NCBI GenBank assembly: GCA_964016885.1
Contig: OZ024743.1
Span: forward strand, 37,572,001-37,636,000
From: Eledone cirrhosa
Taxonomy: Eukaryota
Length of the DNA: 64,000 nucleotides
Direction: 5' to 3'
The notes beneath the pieces were generated by a model. That model saw only the letters and a list, made by a program, of their open reading frames with translations. It did no database searches and was not told where the DNA came from. Shown one piece after another: positions 59,387 to 64,000 of the stretch; position 1 is the stretch's first letter; the number at the start of each line of letters is the position of its first letter. Made by a program: the position numbers and the translations under genes.

Positions 59387-60199
59387 GATTGCCGAAGATT
59401 TGAAAAATTTTTAAAGACGAATTATGTCCCTGAAGCAGCTATATGACCAAAAGGTTATACTGGAATTCCGAAATCAGTTGAAGACTCCAAGATGGCCGGT
59501 TGAGAAAAAAATGCTTTTGGTGAAGACGCCGTCACGTGGCACGATGCAGCCAATCAGACTGCCTAAATTTTTACAGTGTGAACAGCGAACATAGTTTAGA
59601 AATCATCTAATTTTATTTTTTTTTTTTTTGGAAAAAAAGGTTTGGATTCAAACCAAAGAAAAAAAAAAAAAATTTTTTTTTTTTAGTATCCGCGTATTGG
59701 AATCACGTCGTCGGTCACCAATAAAGGAAACGAATGTTTGTCGATGAATGGACAATTCATCGTTTCTCTTTGTATGAATAAATGACTCCAGAAAGGGGGT
59801 GAACAATCAAAATTTAACGATCTTTTATTAAATGTGATATTTTCCTGGAAATATTTTGGTATATCAGAGAGCCGGTTTAAAATCAACTTCATCAATCACG
59901 AAACGACCTGCAAATATCCAAATAAACTAAACATCACAAATTTTGCAAAGAAAATATGGCATAAATGACTAGCAAAACGTACGTACTGTGTAAGGAGTCA
60001 TTGTTTATGTATATATATATATATATAATGAAACACAAAAACAAATCAAGCAAAGCTCTTAATTGTACGTTTAATTACAGGCTACATAAGAACGTGCAGT
60101 GTACTCTCATTGCAAACCAGCTCATCCGGATCTCTAAAACATATTTAAATTTACATTAACAAGGTATTACTTCGCATTGGTAGCGTCCAAACAAGAAAC

Positions 60200-60420
60200 A
60201 ATCGCTCAAATACCTCCGACATCATTATGGGGTCGAGCGACGCTACGCGGGTAACAGACTTAGTTGAACTGTTCCTGCTTAACAATTTAATGAAGGAATT
60301 CCCGGCTATGAAAAGTGGCGTATACTGACATGATGCACAATTTTCCTTCATAAATATTACCAACCCCGGCTTCGAAAGCTTTAAATCGGTATGCACAGAA
60401 TCTTCAAAACGTATAATTTA
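60200..60420 (+). pseudogene. Old Penelope-like RT remnant
   Basis: Hand translation SDIIMGSSDATRVTDLVELFLLNNL...GVY*HDA resembles the PLE motif [22 protein letters not shown]...GLYRDDG. A weaker related remnant lies at ~26255-26360. Confidence 0.55.
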
Positions 60421-61714
60421 GGTATAACCATAGATAATAGTACTAGGTTAATCAACGTCTTAGATGTTACATTATACCTAAACACAGAATCACACAGGCC
60501 TTAAAACAAGCCCAGTGAGTACCTCTATTAAATACATAGGGACTCAAACCACGCAAAAGCTATTATTAAATCTATCATTAAAACTGTATCGTGCAGGATT
60601 TCCAGACTTTCTGATAATGAGCAGTCTTTCGATCTTAATGCTCAATACTGTATTGAAGAGTACTTGTGTGTGTTGTGTCTTTATGTAAGTTTTTGCAATG
60701 GTACTAATATTAATATGTCATATATGCATTAATATCAGGCCAAACATCCTTTTTGTCACAATAACGCATTATATATAAATGGGAGTGGTATTTTTGTTAT
60801 TGGAATAAGATTTCTATCATAATAGGATGTTTACATAAGAGGGTGTTTATATAATATGATGTTTTATACAGATATTATAGAAAGTAGAATTGACACATAT
60901 GTCATTTCATATGTAACAACGAATATATTATTTAATCTGACTGCCTCTGTGATATATAATCTAATAGCATTCATAATTCCTTACATTGTTATAATAGCAA
61001 TTTTTTGGGTGATGTGTTCTGTCAAATAAATGCACCTCACCATACATGTAGTACAAAATGACCTCATGATTAGCGAGATAAACACTTAACAATAAATCAA
61101 ATTCATCTTTCATACGGCTGGCGTTGGGGAGATAAAATAAAGTGCCAATCCAAGGTAGTGGATTGGCGGAATTATTAGAGCGTCGGGTAGGAGGGGTTAC
61201 TGTCGGACATCCACTAGCTCTGAATTAGGTGATTCGAGTTCAAATATAGCTTCCAATCAACAGAAAAACAACGGCATGATATGAAACACATTACGAAAAC
61301 ATTCTATGAGATGCAGACCTAAGAGAGGCCGGGTAAACCCACGTAAGTGTGAGCCGTAAGTACAATATTAACAGCAAAATAAATACAAAAATAGGAAAGT
61401 AATTTGAAGTGTTTTCCTATTTCTAAATCTCATAAGGATTGGTCTATCTCACAAAACATTATCAAAATGGTAATGTCACAGGTAAGATTGTAAGCACCAA
61501 ATATCGGTTAGATACAATTAAAATGTTATTAAATGAAAATACTAGTTTATCGGATAATACTAATTTAATCGTTTGGGTAAGTACGGTGGAGAAATCCAGA
61601 CATGTTTTGGCCGATTAAAACTCAGTTAAATGTAGACTTCAAATTGTTTAAGCTCAGTGTAAAATATTTCCCATCTTCTTAAGGATTCTTTTAGTAATAA
61701 TTATGAAAATATGT

Positions 61715-61778
61715 TGAAGTGTATGATCTAATGTGATAGAAATATGCATATTTCTATCACATTAGACTATACACTTCA
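61715..61778. repeat. 64-bp near-perfect palindrome
   Basis: tgaagtgtatgatctaatgtgatagaaatatgcatatttctatcacattagactatacacttca. Confidence 0.85.
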
Positions 61779-62029
61779 CCACATTTAGTACACACCCGCA
61801 AACACACAACTGCGTTTACCCACACGCACATACAAATATGTACATACACACATATATCTATACATGCACATACATCCATATATAACCATATCTATGTACA
61901 CATATATACACATAAACACACAAGCTGACACATACACATACACAGACACATATGTACTCTTTAGAGGAATGGAAAAAAATAGGTACCGCTTATTTACTTA
62001 TCACAGTTAGTACTGACGTTCATGTGCGA

Positions 62030-62114
<85 letters not shown>

Positions 62115-62295
62115 ATAAATGGAAAACTATATTTATAAAACCATATTTATTTCATTATATATATTTCGGGGATATCATATTAACAATATGTTATGCCTTC
62201 ATCAGACAAAATACAATATAAACAGTTTTATAGATAAATATATTCGACATACCGTAATAAACATCAACATAACCCAACAATTTTAAATATAACTT

Positions 62296-62327
<32 letters not shown>

Positions 62328-63074
62328 TTGTAACCATAGACTCAAAGAGAAGTTTTCGCACTACAAATCGAACCCTTAACCTCTTACTACCAACTGACAA
62401 ACTGCACATACTTAGACTTTATACCCTCTTGTTGTATCTAAACCCTTTTAATTACCCACAAAACCAATACATATATCCCCCTCTTCTCCCCCATTCCTCT
62501 TCTATTTCTTCGTTTTCTCCCCCCCCCCCTTCTTGGCTATCTTTTCTTTTCTTCTTTCTCACCCCTTTCTTTGCTTTTAATTTTGTCATTATTATCTTTA
62601 TCTTTATTTTTATATATATATATATATATATTTATCTCTCTCCCTCTCTATCCACCCCTCCCACTATGATCAATGTAATTCTCTTTAACTCACTACATTC
62701 CACGACATGAAGTCTCCTATCAAAACTGACCAAGGAATCCTTCCACCTCTACCCCTCCCTCCATCTCAGTTCGTCACTCTACTTCCTACCTCTCCCCCAT
62801 TCCTCTCTCTCTATACTATTCCGTTTGCCCCTCACCTTCTGATTCCTCTCTCTATATACTAGTAAATACAATTCCAAATAAATGTTTTTCTCTATATATT
62901 AAGAATTATTTCAAGAGTAACTCACTATTTTGAAAATTTGGACCGTGAACAACAATTATAATTGAGTGGCTGCTATTTTCAGTATAGCAATATATGGTTG
63001 CACTTACCAATGAAACGGTCGTAAATACCTGGATAAAATCCTTCTCTTGATGCTTACCTGTGTTTTCTCTTTTA

Positions 63075-63147
<73 letters not shown>

Positions 63148-63201
63148 TATATATATTGACATATATTAATATATATATTAATATATATATATATAATAAT
63201 G

Positions 63202-63328
<127 letters not shown>

Positions 63329-64000
63329 AGTAAGAATATTTTCGAAACAGCGAGTTGGTTTGAAATTATTAGAAATGTAAGCTATCGCTGTATTTTGACT
63401 AAAGAAATTAAAGAAATTATTTAGCCTGATAGTGGGGAAATAGAAAAAGATGAGTATTGACGTACATGGGAAATTAACATTAATACCCAGTCATTTTATT
63501 GGACATATGATATTTCTCAAGAAAATTGGATGCCTCCTTACAGCATGTTCGTTCTACTTGGTGTACATATATGTAGATCGGTTTCAATTTTTACTTCTCA
63601 AGTGGAGGCACTTTCTTACGAAGTAAAGTAATTGAATTTAAATTCAATCATTCGGTAGAAATCGATGAAAATAACCAGCATACTAAATCCTGGAATCGAT
63701 ATAGTTGTTATGTCCTCGGAATCTGGATCCACAAATGTAATCATATTTGTATATGTGATAGAGAGCAATTGATTCATACTATTATTACCTTATTTGAAAA
63801 TAAAATATGCACTACACGCTTAAATTTCTGCTTGAGACTATATTTACAATTAAAAATTAGGTGACAGTGGGAGATAAAACCGTCAGGAATTTAGTGTTTT
63901 TGTGAATCTAAAGAGTAATAGAAATTATCGTGGCAAAATATATCGTTGTATTTAGAAGAACTTAACTCCTACCATTTTACAATTAATTCGAAATTTCTTT

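Larger units (their letters stand above)
54518..59841 (-). mobile_element. Ty3/Gypsy LTR retrotransposon, CsRn1-like clade; 5' LTR truncated
   Basis: gag-PR-RT-RH-IN order. 3' LTR 54518-54957; 5' LTR remnant 59721-59841 matches 54518-54639. tRNA-Trp-like PBS tggtgaccgacgacgtgat at 59702-59720. Gag has a CHCC motif. Confidence 0.93.

Overview
AT-rich eukaryotic DNA dense in (TA)n, (CA)n and (TAA)n microsatellites. The SINE type and repeat content suggest an invertebrate, plausibly a cephalopod mollusc (inference only). I found no host protein-coding gene; the window is a nest of mostly decayed transposable elements. These include two Tx1/L1-clade LINEs, two R4/Dong-type RT-RLE LINEs, several Penelope-like elements (PLEs) with inverted termini, CRE-clade LINE pieces, a CsRn1-type Gypsy element, a young non-autonomous LTR element, tRNA-derived SINEs and a probable non-autonomous Helitron. 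The standout is a non-coding array at 4207-6836: about 8.5 apparently identical copies of a 310-bp unit. Each full unit carries a minus-strand type I hammerhead ribozyme with a palindromic stem III inside a strongly self-complementary sequence. This fits a retrozyme-like circular-RNA element written into a (TA)n site by rolling-circle reverse transcription, ending in a fold-back and a microhomology junction to a Tx1 LINE. A diverged relative lies near 21 kb, and several other hammerhead-like motifs occur across the window, some with a recurring non-canonical U-U at the base of stem II. All alignments and folds were done by eye.
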